64,000 bases of DNA from an uncultured virus (IMG/VR IMGVR_UViG_3300042197_003096) (lineage: Duplodnaviria > Heunggongvirae > Uroviricota > Caudoviricetes): the IMG/VR virus record IMGVR_UViG_3300042197_003096. The stretch is one strand, 5' to 3'. Shown in pieces: positions 21,502 to 31,172 of the stretch (the stretch's first letter is position 1; each line of letters opens with the position of its first letter). Both the position numbers and the translations under genes were made by a program. Under the pieces are notes generated by a model. It was not told where the DNA came from. It did not search any database and saw only the letters and a list, made by a program, of their open reading frames with translations.

Positions 21502-23874
21502 ATGTCCTATACATCAACACAAAGATTTGTAAAATTAACTGAATACTTATTACTTGAGTACGATTACACAACTGCGCCTAATCCGGAACAATATTTTGTA
21601 AACACCGGTACGCCTGCTGTTGGGTTCGAGAAAATCGTCAATGGCTATTTCAATAGCGAGGTTCAGATTTTAAATAATCCTGCATCTCAATCTACAACTA
21701 ATAACGTCAGAGAACTAAGTGTTGTACAAACAGGAAAAAACAAGTTTGTTACATTAGATAATGATTATCTTGTACCATACTTAGACACAGATCCTAAATT
21801 AACTTCTGTTCCAAATCTTCCAGTTGTCTTCCCTTCGAATATTGGAGTTTACTATGACACCATAAAATTCCACATCGTTGCAGGTTACAATTTCAACAAT
21901 TTAGATGGGATTATTTTACAGGTTAGATTTCAGGAAAGGACAGGAAAAAAAGCGACCATCCTACAACTTTTAGTGGAAAGGGGCGATATAGATTTACCAA
22001 TCCTAAATCCTAATCCAATATATCTTGGTGGTGCATTATACGACCACTACGTAGAGGTTAAAATCCCGGCTTATGCTAATATGGTCTATGAGTTTGAAAT
22101 CCTAAACGGAACTCCAGCTCAGGCCAACACATTAGCTGCTAAAATTTCATCCGACGGTAAAGGATTTTTAAAAGATGCTCCTATACAATTTACCCTATAT
22201 GAGATAACATCTACAACTTTACAGAACGGATATCAAACTTATATAGGACAAAACCGAGCAGAACTTGCGGTTGTACCTAAAGATAACTATTCCGGGTTAG
22301 CAGCAACGATACAAGAAAATTCTTTCTATAATTATCTAGAATACTATCCAACATGGGACGGTAACTTCATAGAGGATTTTATTGTTTCAGAGGGCAGCGC
22401 CGGTATTCTTTATTATGTGGTGAATGAAATAGAAGTTAAAGAACAAGTTGGTTTGGCTTACATAACAACTTATAATTTTTCAAACACACAGACACAGGAT
22501 TTCAATGCCCCTGCTATCTTCCGTCCAGTTATTATAAATCCTCTAGCAACTTCTTTCGTTGTAAATTACACGATGAGACTAGTTAACAGGAACAACCAGA
22601 ATCAAATTATCAGAAGAGCAACTTTTAATTCTTTTGATGTTAATAAGTACGGTAGGGACGTAAGTAAAATCACCTTAACTACTGGGGCATATTCACAGAA
22701 AGTTTATAATAAGCTCGTACAAGCTCCAAATGTTCTTGCACCTTATGGAGTACAACCTTCCCCTGGAATAGTTGAAAAGAAGATCCCTGTTTTCTATAAA
22801 GACAATCAAATAGCAATCACTCAACAGAGTGTAATTATTGATAAAGACGGAAACTTGGTTTCTGAGGTTTCTTCACCTAATTCCACCCAAATTTTTGGAC
22901 AAGGTAAAGCAACTATATTAGTTGATCCCTTTGACAACTTTTATAAATTCACAGTTTATAATCTAAAAGGGGGAACAACACCAGAGATCTTAGATCTTGG
23001 TACATCCCTTTCTTATTTTATAGTCTTTCTGGATTCAACAGGCCAATCAGTAAGGGTTGAAAACATCAAGAATAAAACTTCTGTTTCTAATCCCACTTTA
23101 GGCCAGGTTGCTTTCAAAGTTGTTCAATCAAACTCTAAAAAAATTCTTGGATTCACAACTAGAGAGTTTTACGTTATTTCGAAAACTCCAGACGGAACAG
23201 AAACCAAACTATATTCTGGATTCTGGCAAACACCACAAGAATTTGCGGCTGTCCAAGCAGCAGCGGCTACTGGAGCAACGGCAGCAGCAACAGGAGCTAC
23301 TGGAACAACAACAGTAACCCAGACATCTGCTACAGGAACTACAGGAGCAACAGGAACTAGCACCACAACCACAGGTAATCAGATTATTAACAGAGTTCCG
23401 ATTTCTTCGAGAGACAGATTTTCAGGAAAACCGTATGTTACAGGAAGCTCTGCTATTTTAAGCGTGAGACCAACTAATTTCCTCAACACAACTGGTGGAA
23501 CCGGACCACAAAGTATAAATATCAGAGGAACTAGAGGAGGATCTAATCAGACCTCCAATCAATCTGTTTCTATAAATATTTCTGCTTTAGCTAATGCAAT
23601 TTCTGGACAGGAAGCACAAAATCAAACTGTACAACAGATAGTAAATTATTATTTTACTCCCGGAGCACCTGGATCAAATTTATTCAAGGGAATTAAACCT
23701 AGCCAGTTCTTGACTGCAGCTCTTCAAATACATCCTAAGCTAGAAAACGGACAATTTGATCCGAAATATATACAATATTGCAACGCTTTGAATTTCCCAG
23801 TTACTAGCGACCCTGGAGCACAAGCAAATCCTTTAGGAACGGTAGGTCTTACCGGACCACCAAGAGGAAGATAA
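21502..23874 (+). CDS. Putative virion structural protein with Ala/Thr/Gly low-complexity linker
   Basis: 790 aa; ATGATAAATGATG stretch; AATATATA at 21490. Confidence 0.45.
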   Translation: MSYTSTQRFVKLTEYLLLEYDYTTAPNPEQYFVNTGTPAVGFEKIVNGYFNSEVQILNNPASQSTTNNVRELSVVQTGKNKFVTLDNDYLVPYLDTDPKLTSVPNLPVVFPSNIGVYYDTIKFHIVAGYNFNNLDGIILQVRFQERTGKKATILQLLVERGDIDLPILNPNPIYLGGALYDHYVEVKIPAYANMVYEFEILNGTPAQANTLAAKISSDGKGFLKDAPIQFTLYEITSTTLQNGYQTYIGQNRAELAVVPKDNYSGLAATIQENSFYNYLEYYPTWDGNFIEDFIVSEGSAGILYYVVNEIEVKEQVGLAYITTYNFSNTQTQDFNAPAIFRPVIINPLATSFVVNYTMRLVNRNNQNQIIRRATFNSFDVNKYGRDVSKITLTTGAYSQKVYNKLVQAPNVLAPYGVQPSPGIVEKKIPVFYKDNQIAITQQSVIIDKDGNLVSEVSSPNSTQIFGQGKATILVDPFDNFYKFTVYNLKGGTTPEILDLGTSLSYFIVFLDSTGQSVRVENIKNKTSVSNPTLGQVAFKVVQSNSKKILGFTTREFYVISKTPDGTETKLYSGFWQTPQEFAAVQAAAATGATAAATGATGTTTVTQTSATGTTGATGTSTTTTGNQIINRVPISSRDRFSGKPYVTGSSAILSVRPTNFLNTTGGTGPQSINIRGTRGGSNQTSNQSVSINISALANAISGQEAQNQTVQQIVNYYFTPGAPGSNLFKGIKPSQFLTAALQIHPKLENGQFDPKYIQYCNALNFPVTSDPGAQANPLGTVGLTGPPRGR

Positions 23875-23884
23875 CAATTAATTT

Positions 23885-24436
23885 ATGATACTAAATTCTC
23901 GACAAAATGGTTTTATCTTTCTTTTCCCAAAGGAGTTTTTGTATCCGGAGGTCGTAGAAAAATATAAAGCATACATCACTAGGATGCCTATTCCTTATGA
24001 TACGGTAAATGATTTTATCAATGCTACGATTCAATCTATAAATTTTCCGACCCTTAGAACGGTTGATAATGTAGAACAAATTAGACCAGGAGGTTTTAGA
24101 CAACACTACAAGAGCTCAACCACACTACAGAACTTGATACAAAGGGATTTTACAGTTACTTTCAAGTTGGGTGAAGGATTTATTAATTATTGGGTTATTT
24201 ATGAGAATATTATAAAGTTTTTGGATTTTCAAAATGATGATCAATATCTCCCCGATTTTAGATTAATGCTTCTTGATAACGAGGGGGTTATCATGGCCAG
24301 CGTGATTCTTCAGCAACCTATAATCACTTCTCTTTCGGAAATCCAATTGAACTACTCTTCCACCACTCCACAATTTTCCACTTTTAGTGTGGGATTCAAA
24401 TGCAATTACGTAAACTTAAAACTTGAAATTGGATAA
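23885..24436 (+). CDS. Putative tail tube/terminator-fold protein (T4 gp19/gp3-like)
   Basis: 183 aa; 'IQSINFP', 'FTVTF', 'LSEIQLNYS..FSVGF' pattern typical of tube-fold proteins. Confidence 0.4.
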   Translation: MILNSRQNGFIFLFPKEFLYPEVVEKYKAYITRMPIPYDTVNDFINATIQSINFPTLRTVDNVEQIRPGGFRQHYKSSTTLQNLIQRDFTVTFKLGEGFINYWVIYENIIKFLDFQNDDQYLPDFRLMLLDNEGVIMASVILQQPIITSLSEIQLNYSSTTPQFSTFSVGFKCNYVNLKLEIG

Positions 24437-25112
24437 AGCCATTATTGGAATAGATCTATCTCTCAATTCGCCAGGATTTTGTGTTTTTGGAAAAAACGGA
24501 ACTAAATGGATTAGCCTACACAGAACAACAAACATCGTGGATAAGATGTATAAAAAAGACGGATCACCTTTTAAGGTTTTCAACGAATCCCCTGGATTTT
24601 CTATCAACATTATCCCAAAAAAAGAATTCACAGGAGAATATCACGATAAGGAAAGGCAAAAGATCCTGAACGCAATTGAGTTCTCGAAAAAGGCCTTAGA
24701 TCTACTCGATCCCTATCTAGATGAAAATTCAATAGTTGGTATGGAAGGACTTTCTTTTGGATCCAGTGGAAATTCTCTAATTGACATTTCTATGACCACT
24801 GCTCTTGTGAGAGCTGGTATTGTACAAAAGATAGACCCAAAAAATTTCTTTGTGATTTCCCCGACCACGCTGAAAAAATTCGCAATTAAGGGAAATGCAA
24901 AAAAAGACGAACTCTATAACACACTTTTAGAAAAAAAAGCAAACGACAATAGAATCTCAGAAATAATTAATCTTCTTAAAGAAAACAAGTCAAATTGGAT
25001 TAAAGGATCTGGTAAAGTGGAAAATCCATGCTCAGACCTAATTGATGCCACATGGATATGTTTCTTTTTAGAAGAAAATTTGGAGAAACTTTCTGTTTCT
25101 TATCGTGTATAA
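24423..25112 (+). CDS. RuvC-like Holliday junction resolvase
   Basis: 'IIGIDLSLNSPG', 'MEG', 'PTTLKKFA..GNAKK', 'DLIDA'. Confidence 0.8.
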   Translation: MKLDKAIIGIDLSLNSPGFCVFGKNGTKWISLHRTTNIVDKMYKKDGSPFKVFNESPGFSINIIPKKEFTGEYHDKERQKILNAIEFSKKALDLLDPYLDENSIVGMEGLSFGSSGNSLIDISMTTALVRAGIVQKIDPKNFFVISPTTLKKFAIKGNAKKDELYNTLLEKKANDNRISEIINLLKENKSNWIKGSGKVENPCSDLIDATWICFFLEENLEKLSVSYRV

Positions 25113-25156
25113 TTTGTGTTAATCAAATAAATAATTTTAAAAAAACTTGAATTAGT

Positions 25157-26134
25157 ATGGAAAACAATTTTGACATTTTCAACTTGGACAACGAAGCATT
25201 CGTGAAACAAGAAGCAAAAGGCAGAGAAGAGGATGAATTTCTCTATAAGCCTTATCCCGAACTAGGAAAAGACGGTGTTTATAAATCGCTAGTTAGATTC
25301 CTTCCGAATGTTGCAAACCCTAAAAAATCTAAAGTTCATCAGTATTACGTTTGGCTTAAAGATCCTGTGGACGGAGCAAATATGAAAGCTCTTTGTCCTT
25401 CAACAGTAGGTAAGAAATCAATTTTAAAAGACATCTTTTGGAAATTGAAAAATTCCACATCTGCCAAAGATCAGGAACTTGCAAAGTCTTTCTCTAGAAA
25501 AGAAGATTTTTATTCTTTAATCCAGGTGGTTAAAGATCCAAATCGTCCAGATCTAGAGGGTAAGATCATGGTCTTGAAATTCGGACGTAAGGTTAATGAC
25601 CTGATCGAGCAACAAATTAAACCAGAATTTGGTAACCCATCAAATCCTTATGATTTATTCGAAGGCAAAAACTTTGGTCTTCATGTTCGTAAGGTAGGGG
25701 ACTGGAACAATTACGATCTTTGTCAATTCGTAGGAGACAAAAATCCGATCTTAATCAACGGAAAAGAAGTCACAAAAACAGAAGATGACAGAGAAAGAAT
25801 CGTAGAATATCTTAAAACAGGTCCACAGGATCTAGAAAAATACGACTATAAGGACTGGACAGAGGAAGAACATGATAAGATCATGAGAATCATTCGCAAC
25901 ACAGTTCCTGATGGTAGATTGGTTTCCGAAATTATTGGAGGAGCAAATAACGAATCTCGTCAGGAAAAAACCTCTAGTTCAGATTCTTTCTTCGAGGAGA
26001 CTAAATCTTCTAGTGCTTCATCAAAATCTTCGACCGACGGTTTCTTTGATGATGGTGCAGAAACCCCAGCTCCTTCTAAATCATCAGGTAAAAAAGGATC
26101 CCCTTCTCTAGACGATCTATACAACGATCTATAA
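25157..26134 (+). CDS. Single-stranded DNA-binding protein (T4 gp32-like)
   Basis: 'VRFLP', 'VVKDP.RPDLEGK', 'KFG', 'NPYDLFEGKNF', 'NYD', acidic tail ending DDLYNDL. Confidence 0.85.
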   Translation: MENNFDIFNLDNEAFVKQEAKGREEDEFLYKPYPELGKDGVYKSLVRFLPNVANPKKSKVHQYYVWLKDPVDGANMKALCPSTVGKKSILKDIFWKLKNSTSAKDQELAKSFSRKEDFYSLIQVVKDPNRPDLEGKIMVLKFGRKVNDLIEQQIKPEFGNPSNPYDLFEGKNFGLHVRKVGDWNNYDLCQFVGDKNPILINGKEVTKTEDDRERIVEYLKTGPQDLEKYDYKDWTEEEHDKIMRIIRNTVPDGRLVSEIIGGANNESRQEKTSSSDSFFEETKSSSASSKSSTDGFFDDGAETPAPSKSSGKKGSPSLDDLYNDL

Positions 26135-26154
26135 TTTAAAAATTATGGATCTGT

Positions 26155-27225
26155 ATGGAGTCAAAAGAGGTAAGTAGTATATCTGTCGATAGGGTAAAAT
26201 CTATTGTTCACAGAGCTCTTGAAAAATTCTTTGGACCTGATCCAAACAGACTTAAAATTTACCAAGGGGGCAACAGATTAAATTTCTGTTGTCCCTATTG
26301 TGGAGATTCCAGCGATCCAAAGAAAAAAAGAGGAAACCTTTACACCGACACTTTAACTTATAAGTGCTATAACGGAGGATGTGGAATCTTTAAACCACTG
26401 AGCAGTTTTGTTAAGGACTTTGATTTAACCGATACTCTAACGACAGACGAGATCGCAGAGATAGCTGAGATTTCTAGAAGTTCGGTTACTAGGAAAAAGG
26501 TTAGAAATACAATAGATTATTTCTTTGCACAAAACTACAAAGACATTCTAGTTCCTAGAGAGCTTTTAAAGTCCCACCTGGGATTGAAGGAGGTCAAAGG
26601 AACATTTGCAGAAAAATGGTTGGTTGAAAGAAACCATTTACCGGACGAAAAATTCTTATGGGATCCCAATAGAAGATCCCTATATTTATTAAATCTTTCA
26701 GGGGACGAAACACTGATTCTTGGTCTCCAGATCAGACCCATAGTCAAAAAATCTAACAGTAAATATTACACCTACAAGTTGAGTGGGATCTATAAAAATC
26801 TGCTTAAAGAAACTTCTCCTGAAAAAATTCTTAGAGCGGAAGAAGTAGATCCCATTTCTTCTGTTTTTGGATTTTCAACAGTTGATCTTGATTCTATGAT
26901 TACAACTTTTGAGGGTCCTTTGGATGCTTGGCTTTGTCCAAATGCAATTGCTCTGTGTTCAATCAATAATCCATTTCCCTTTGAAGTTTCAAACAAAAGA
27001 TGGTTTTTAGATTCTGATGACGTCGGGAGGGAAAAGGCAAGGGAATTTTTACAGAAGGGTGAGGAGGTTTTTCTGTGGAATAAATTTCTAAGGGAAAATA
27101 ACTTCCCAGATAGGGACAAGTGGGATCTCAACGACATCGTCAACTATGTTAGAAAAAATGGAATCAAAATCAAAAGATTAGACAACTATTTTTCTTCTGA
27201 AAAATGGGATATAATAGATATATGA
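26155..27225 (+). CDS. DNA primase (T4 gp61-like)
   Basis: Zn finger CPYCGDS...CYNGGC; TOPRIM 'EGPLDA', 'DSD', 'DLND'. Confidence 0.85.
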   Translation: MESKEVSSISVDRVKSIVHRALEKFFGPDPNRLKIYQGGNRLNFCCPYCGDSSDPKKKRGNLYTDTLTYKCYNGGCGIFKPLSSFVKDFDLTDTLTTDEIAEIAEISRSSVTRKKVRNTIDYFFAQNYKDILVPRELLKSHLGLKEVKGTFAEKWLVERNHLPDEKFLWDPNRRSLYLLNLSGDETLILGLQIRPIVKKSNSKYYTYKLSGIYKNLLKETSPEKILRAEEVDPISSVFGFSTVDLDSMITTFEGPLDAWLCPNAIALCSINNPFPFEVSNKRWFLDSDDVGREKAREFLQKGEEVFLWNKFLRENNFPDRDKWDLNDIVNYVRKNGIKIKRLDNYFSSEKWDIIDI

Positions 27226-27398
27226 AAACCAAAGAAAAGATCAAATTTCCCTTATCAATAGATACAGAAATAGAGTTTCCTGATTTGGAATTTTCTGAAA
27301 ATTTTCAGGTAAAAGATGTGAGGGAAAAGATTGACTCTAGGGTCAGAGAGATTTCTTCAAAGAAAGACAAAAAGACGAGAAGTAAAAAATTATTTTAA
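27222..27398 (+). CDS. Hypothetical protein
   Basis: ATGA overlap with primase stop; abuts the next gene. Confidence 0.5.
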   Translation: MKTKEKIKFPLSIDTEIEFPDLEFSENFQVKDVREKIDSRVREISSKKDKKTRSKKLF

Positions 27399-27839
27399 AT
27401 GGTTGATTTTCAGAAAAAGTTTGAAGAAGAAAGCGCAGAATGGAGCGAAAAAATCCGGGTTCTTTCTATCAGAATGAAAAACATTAAGGAGATAGCTGAG
27501 GTCCAGGTGGATCTCTATTCTAACAGACAGGTTCTTTTAGAGTATGTTACAAAACTCGGACAGGTTCTTTCGAAGCTTAATGCAAAATACAGAAAGGACA
27601 GAGCAGAGAGACTCAAACATTGGTCTGAAAATTCTCAGATTAAATATGGAGCCAACGAGAAAACTCCTTTGATTGAGGGTGATTTAGCAGAGCTCAAAGA
27701 AAGAATAGATCTTGTAGACGGATACATTTCTTTCCTAAACGAAACAATAAAAACTGTCGATCACATGCTATATGGTATAAAGTCAAGAATAGCCTTAGAG
27801 GAGTACATGAGGTCAGGAGCAGTTAAAAATAATTATTAA
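27399..27839 (+). CDS. UvsY-like recombination mediator
   Basis: 146-aa helical protein directly upstream of UvsW; C-terminal 'FLNETIKTVDHMLYGIK..I.LE.Y..G'. Confidence 0.6.
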   Translation: MVDFQKKFEEESAEWSEKIRVLSIRMKNIKEIAEVQVDLYSNRQVLLEYVTKLGQVLSKLNAKYRKDRAERLKHWSENSQIKYGANEKTPLIEGDLAELKERIDLVDGYISFLNETIKTVDHMLYGIKSRIALEEYMRSGAVKNNY

Positions 27840-27843
27840 TGAA

Positions 27844-29370
27844 ATGCTCAAATTTGTAGTTAGTGATGACAACAATTGGTTATTTCTTTCAGACTATGAT
27901 GAGGATCACGAGAAGAAACAGATCGAGATATCATTAACTAAAAAGATTCACAACCATTATTTCCATCCGTTAGTAAAGAAAAAAATATGGACGGGGGACA
28001 TATGTTTCATAGATAAAAAATTACCAATCTGGAGAATTCCTATAGGACTTTGGTCTGAGATTTATCAGATCTGCGAAAAGTACAAAATGGAGGTTAAAAT
28101 CGAGGGACTAGAAAGAATAATAGATTCAAGTTTAACCTTAGAGGATTTCACTGCATGGTGCGAGGAATTCTTTAAGGACAAAAAAATGAAGCCAAGGGAC
28201 TATCAAATAGAATCCGCTTGGAGAATTGTCAGATTTAAACTTTCCGTTTCTGAGGTGGCAACCAGTTCGGGAAAAACATTGATAGCTTTTATTGTGTTAG
28301 CCTATCTAAAGGCAATTTATAATGTCAAAAAATTCTTGATGGTTGTTCCCAACACCAACCTTGTTATTCAGGGAACAGAGGACTTTCAAGAATATGGACT
28401 GGAGGAACTTGAAAATTGCGAGCTCCAACAGATTCACGGGCAAAACAAGAAAAAGATCTCTTCTGGCCTTATGATAGGAACCTTCCAGTCACTGGTTAAG
28501 CTAGATCCTGAGTTTTTTGATGAGGTCGAGGCTGTGTTTGTGGATGAATGTCATATGTCCCATGCACAGTCTATTAAAAAGGTGGTTTCACTGTGTAAAG
28601 ATTCCATATGGAGATTTGGATTATCTGGGACATTAACAAACAAAGGTAGTGCAGAGTATATGACCATACAGCAATTCCTAGGCCCGCTAGTTATGGAGAT
28701 CTCACCAAAATTTCTTTTCGATAACAAGTATGCCACTCCCGTTTCTATTAAGATTGTTAAGATGGATTGGTTAGATCCGGAGGTAAAGGAAAAACTAGGT
28801 ACCCTTAAGGAGACTAAAACTGATATTGAGGGTAATGAGATTTTTAACATCGAAAAGAAGCTGGTTATAAATTCAGACAAGAGACTGGACTTTGTTCTGG
28901 ATTTTGTCCTGAAAACATCTAGAAACTCTTTGGTTCTTTTTCAATCCGTCGGTGAAGGGTACGGAAAAAGACTTTACGAGGGAATACGGGAAAGAAGCTC
29001 TGATAAAGAAGTCTATTACATCGATGGTGACACTGATCCTGAAAAGAGGGACATTTTTATAAAAAGAATGGAGGAAGACACAAATAGAGTACTTGTTGCT
29101 TCTTTTGGTACCCTTTCAACAGGGATTTCTATTAAAAATATTCACAATATCTTCTTAACAGAATCTTATAAATCTGAAGTCTTGATTAAACAGACACTAG
29201 GAAGGGGAATGCGGCTTCATAAGGACAAGGAAAAAGTGACGATCGTTGATTTTGTAGATGACTTTTCTTTTAATGAAAAAGACAACTATTTAATGAAGCA
29301 TTGTAAGGAAAGAATAGAGATTTATAAAAAAGAACATTTCGAATATAAAATATACGAGGTCAAAATTTGA
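27844..29370 (+). CDS. uvsW: UvsW-like SF2 DNA helicase
   Basis: 'PRDYQ', 'ATSSGKT', 'DECH', 'FGLSGT', 'STGISIKNIHN', 'QTLGRGMR'. Confidence 0.9.
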   Translation: MLKFVVSDDNNWLFLSDYDEDHEKKQIEISLTKKIHNHYFHPLVKKKIWTGDICFIDKKLPIWRIPIGLWSEIYQICEKYKMEVKIEGLERIIDSSLTLEDFTAWCEEFFKDKKMKPRDYQIESAWRIVRFKLSVSEVATSSGKTLIAFIVLAYLKAIYNVKKFLMVVPNTNLVIQGTEDFQEYGLEELENCELQQIHGQNKKKISSGLMIGTFQSLVKLDPEFFDEVEAVFVDECHMSHAQSIKKVVSLCKDSIWRFGLSGTLTNKGSAEYMTIQQFLGPLVMEISPKFLFDNKYATPVSIKIVKMDWLDPEVKEKLGTLKETKTDIEGNEIFNIEKKLVINSDKRLDFVLDFVLKTSRNSLVLFQSVGEGYGKRLYEGIRERSSDKEVYYIDGDTDPEKRDIFIKRMEEDTNRVLVASFGTLSTGISIKNIHNIFLTESYKSEVLIKQTLGRGMRLHKDKEKVTIVDFVDDFSFNEKDNYLMKHCKERIEIYKKEHFEYKIYEVKI

Positions 29371-29396
29371 TTTGAGGATATATAAAAGAAAAAACG

Positions 29397-29993
29397 ATGA
29401 AGAATCTCCTCGAATATGAAGTCTTCCTGAATGAATCGAATGGATTATCCTTCCCCAGACACACGGGAACAAAGTGGTTTGCACAAAATACCTACGATCA
29501 GAGAGCAAATTCCTATAAGGGTATTTCTACTGATCCTGGTATTCTTTCTAAGGTGGGTAATTTTTTCCAGAAGATGGAAGATAGACTTAATGCTATGGCT
29601 TCCTATGGACAGCAACAAGCCCAGGCAACACGTTCAGCCAGGGGAAATTCAAAATTCAATACCGGATATGAACTTCTCTTTGGTCTGCCTTCTGTAGTCC
29701 CTGGTGTTTTAAAAAGGGTGTTTGGGGGAACCAATTATGAACCCAAAAACATTTCCGCTGACGATAAAAATATTGATTTAGAATTCATGAGACACACTAA
29801 TGAAGAATTTGCAAAAAAAGAACTCCCTGGTATTAGAAATGAAGACCAACTCAGAAGAAACACAGAAGCTCTCTATAAAAAAGGAGGAGTGAAACCAGGG
29901 GAAAACCCAGTTCTTGATGAGATAGTCAGGAACAGGGCAAATCTTTACTATCAATACCAACAAAACCCTCAGTCTGTAATGACTAGACAATAA
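29397..29993 (+). CDS. Hypothetical protein with CTS-like N-terminus
   Basis: MKNLLEYEVFLNES; GATATATA at 29377. Confidence 0.6.
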   Translation: MKNLLEYEVFLNESNGLSFPRHTGTKWFAQNTYDQRANSYKGISTDPGILSKVGNFFQKMEDRLNAMASYGQQQAQATRSARGNSKFNTGYELLFGLPSVVPGVLKRVFGGTNYEPKNISADDKNIDLEFMRHTNEEFAKKELPGIRNEDQLRRNTEALYKKGGVKPGENPVLDEIVRNRANLYYQYQQNPQSVMTRQ

Positions 29994-30010
29994 AAAATAA
30001 ACCAAATAAA

Positions 30011-30724
30011 ATGAAAAAATTTTCAATCGTAGTTGAACAGAAAAAACAAGAGATAGAATCTTCCGAATTGGTTAACGAAAGGAATCTATACCTTGAATTT
30101 TCAAAAAAATATCACAAAAAGCACGGAGTTTCTGGTCCATTTGACAAAAAGTTCGGAGGTGATAAGAAAAAGCAAGAAGAATACATGGGTGAACTTGGCA
30201 AGGCTTGGGCTGAGCACAAGAAAAAGAAAGGAATGAAGGATAAGAATGGTAAGTTCGATTTCAAAAAGAAAATGAACGAATCCAAGGCCATCGAACTTGC
30301 TTCTCAGATGATAGGTGACGGTGGTGATCCTAATTATCACTTCGTTACTATGTCAGACGACTACTATTACGAAAAGGGAGGAGAAATGGTTAAGTACTCT
30401 AAGGATACGGAATCATCTCCTCTTAAAATCAAAACCACTCCGGATATGGGCAAATATGTTTTTGGTCCTTTTATGAATTTAGAAGAGAGTAAACTTTTTA
30501 CTGAATCCATTGAACTTGATGAAATAAACGGCCCGAGGATGGTTGTTATAGAAGATAGAAAAACTGGAGACGTTTATTCTAGATTTCTTTCTTGTAAACT
30601 TCAGCCTGTTTGGGACGAACACACTGAAGGCGGATCAGAGGTTGGTACAGAAGGTACGGGACACGATGAATATGAGGATCCAACAACTGAATACACTTAC
30701 GGAGACGAACACGAAGATGAATAA
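30011..30724 (+). CDS. Hypothetical protein, Lys-rich N-terminal part and acidic tail
   Basis: 237-aa ORF; several xxNE/xxEQ segments. Confidence 0.6.
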   Translation: MKKFSIVVEQKKQEIESSELVNERNLYLEFSKKYHKKHGVSGPFDKKFGGDKKKQEEYMGELGKAWAEHKKKKGMKDKNGKFDFKKKMNESKAIELASQMIGDGGDPNYHFVTMSDDYYYEKGGEMVKYSKDTESSPLKIKTTPDMGKYVFGPFMNLEESKLFTESIELDEINGPRMVVIEDRKTGDVYSRFLSCKLQPVWDEHTEGGSEVGTEGTGHDEYEDPTTEYTYGDEHEDE

Positions 30725-31172
30725 TATGGAGGAACTAACTCCGCTTCAAAGCCAGGCACTCTACCCAGTGTTACAGCACTATACAGGTGCTCCCATCATT
30801 GATGTCTTCATGAAAAACGAAGTTATAAACTTCAACACTATGCTAGGAAGTAAAGGAAAAATTTCAGAAGACATAAATGGGGACTGGAGAATTTCTATCG
30901 AAGGTGAGATGGTTGATGTGGTCGAGAGGGACGTTTTTCAGATCCTAGTAAAACCTTCTAAAAATCAAATGTTGGAAGACTATTGGGAAAAATTGAATGA
31001 ACTTGCGAGTCTTCAATTAAGATGGAGATCTAAAACACTCCTTAAAGGAATCATCTCCGTTTTATATGAATATATAATAAACTCAGATTTTAACCCAGTT
31101 AGGCCGATAAGAGTCGGTGAATTTGTGGTACAGGATCTAAAAGGTAACAAAACTATTATTTGCTTGAATTAA
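30717..31172 (+). CDS. Hypothetical protein (start uncertain)
   Basis: Fills the gap between neighbours; ATG at 30717 or 30726. Confidence 0.5.
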   Translation: MNNMEELTPLQSQALYPVLQHYTGAPIIDVFMKNEVINFNTMLGSKGKISEDINGDWRISIEGEMVDVVERDVFQILVKPSKNQMLEDYWEKLNELASLQLRWRSKTLLKGIISVLYEYIINSDFNPVRPIRVGEFVVQDLKGNKTIICLN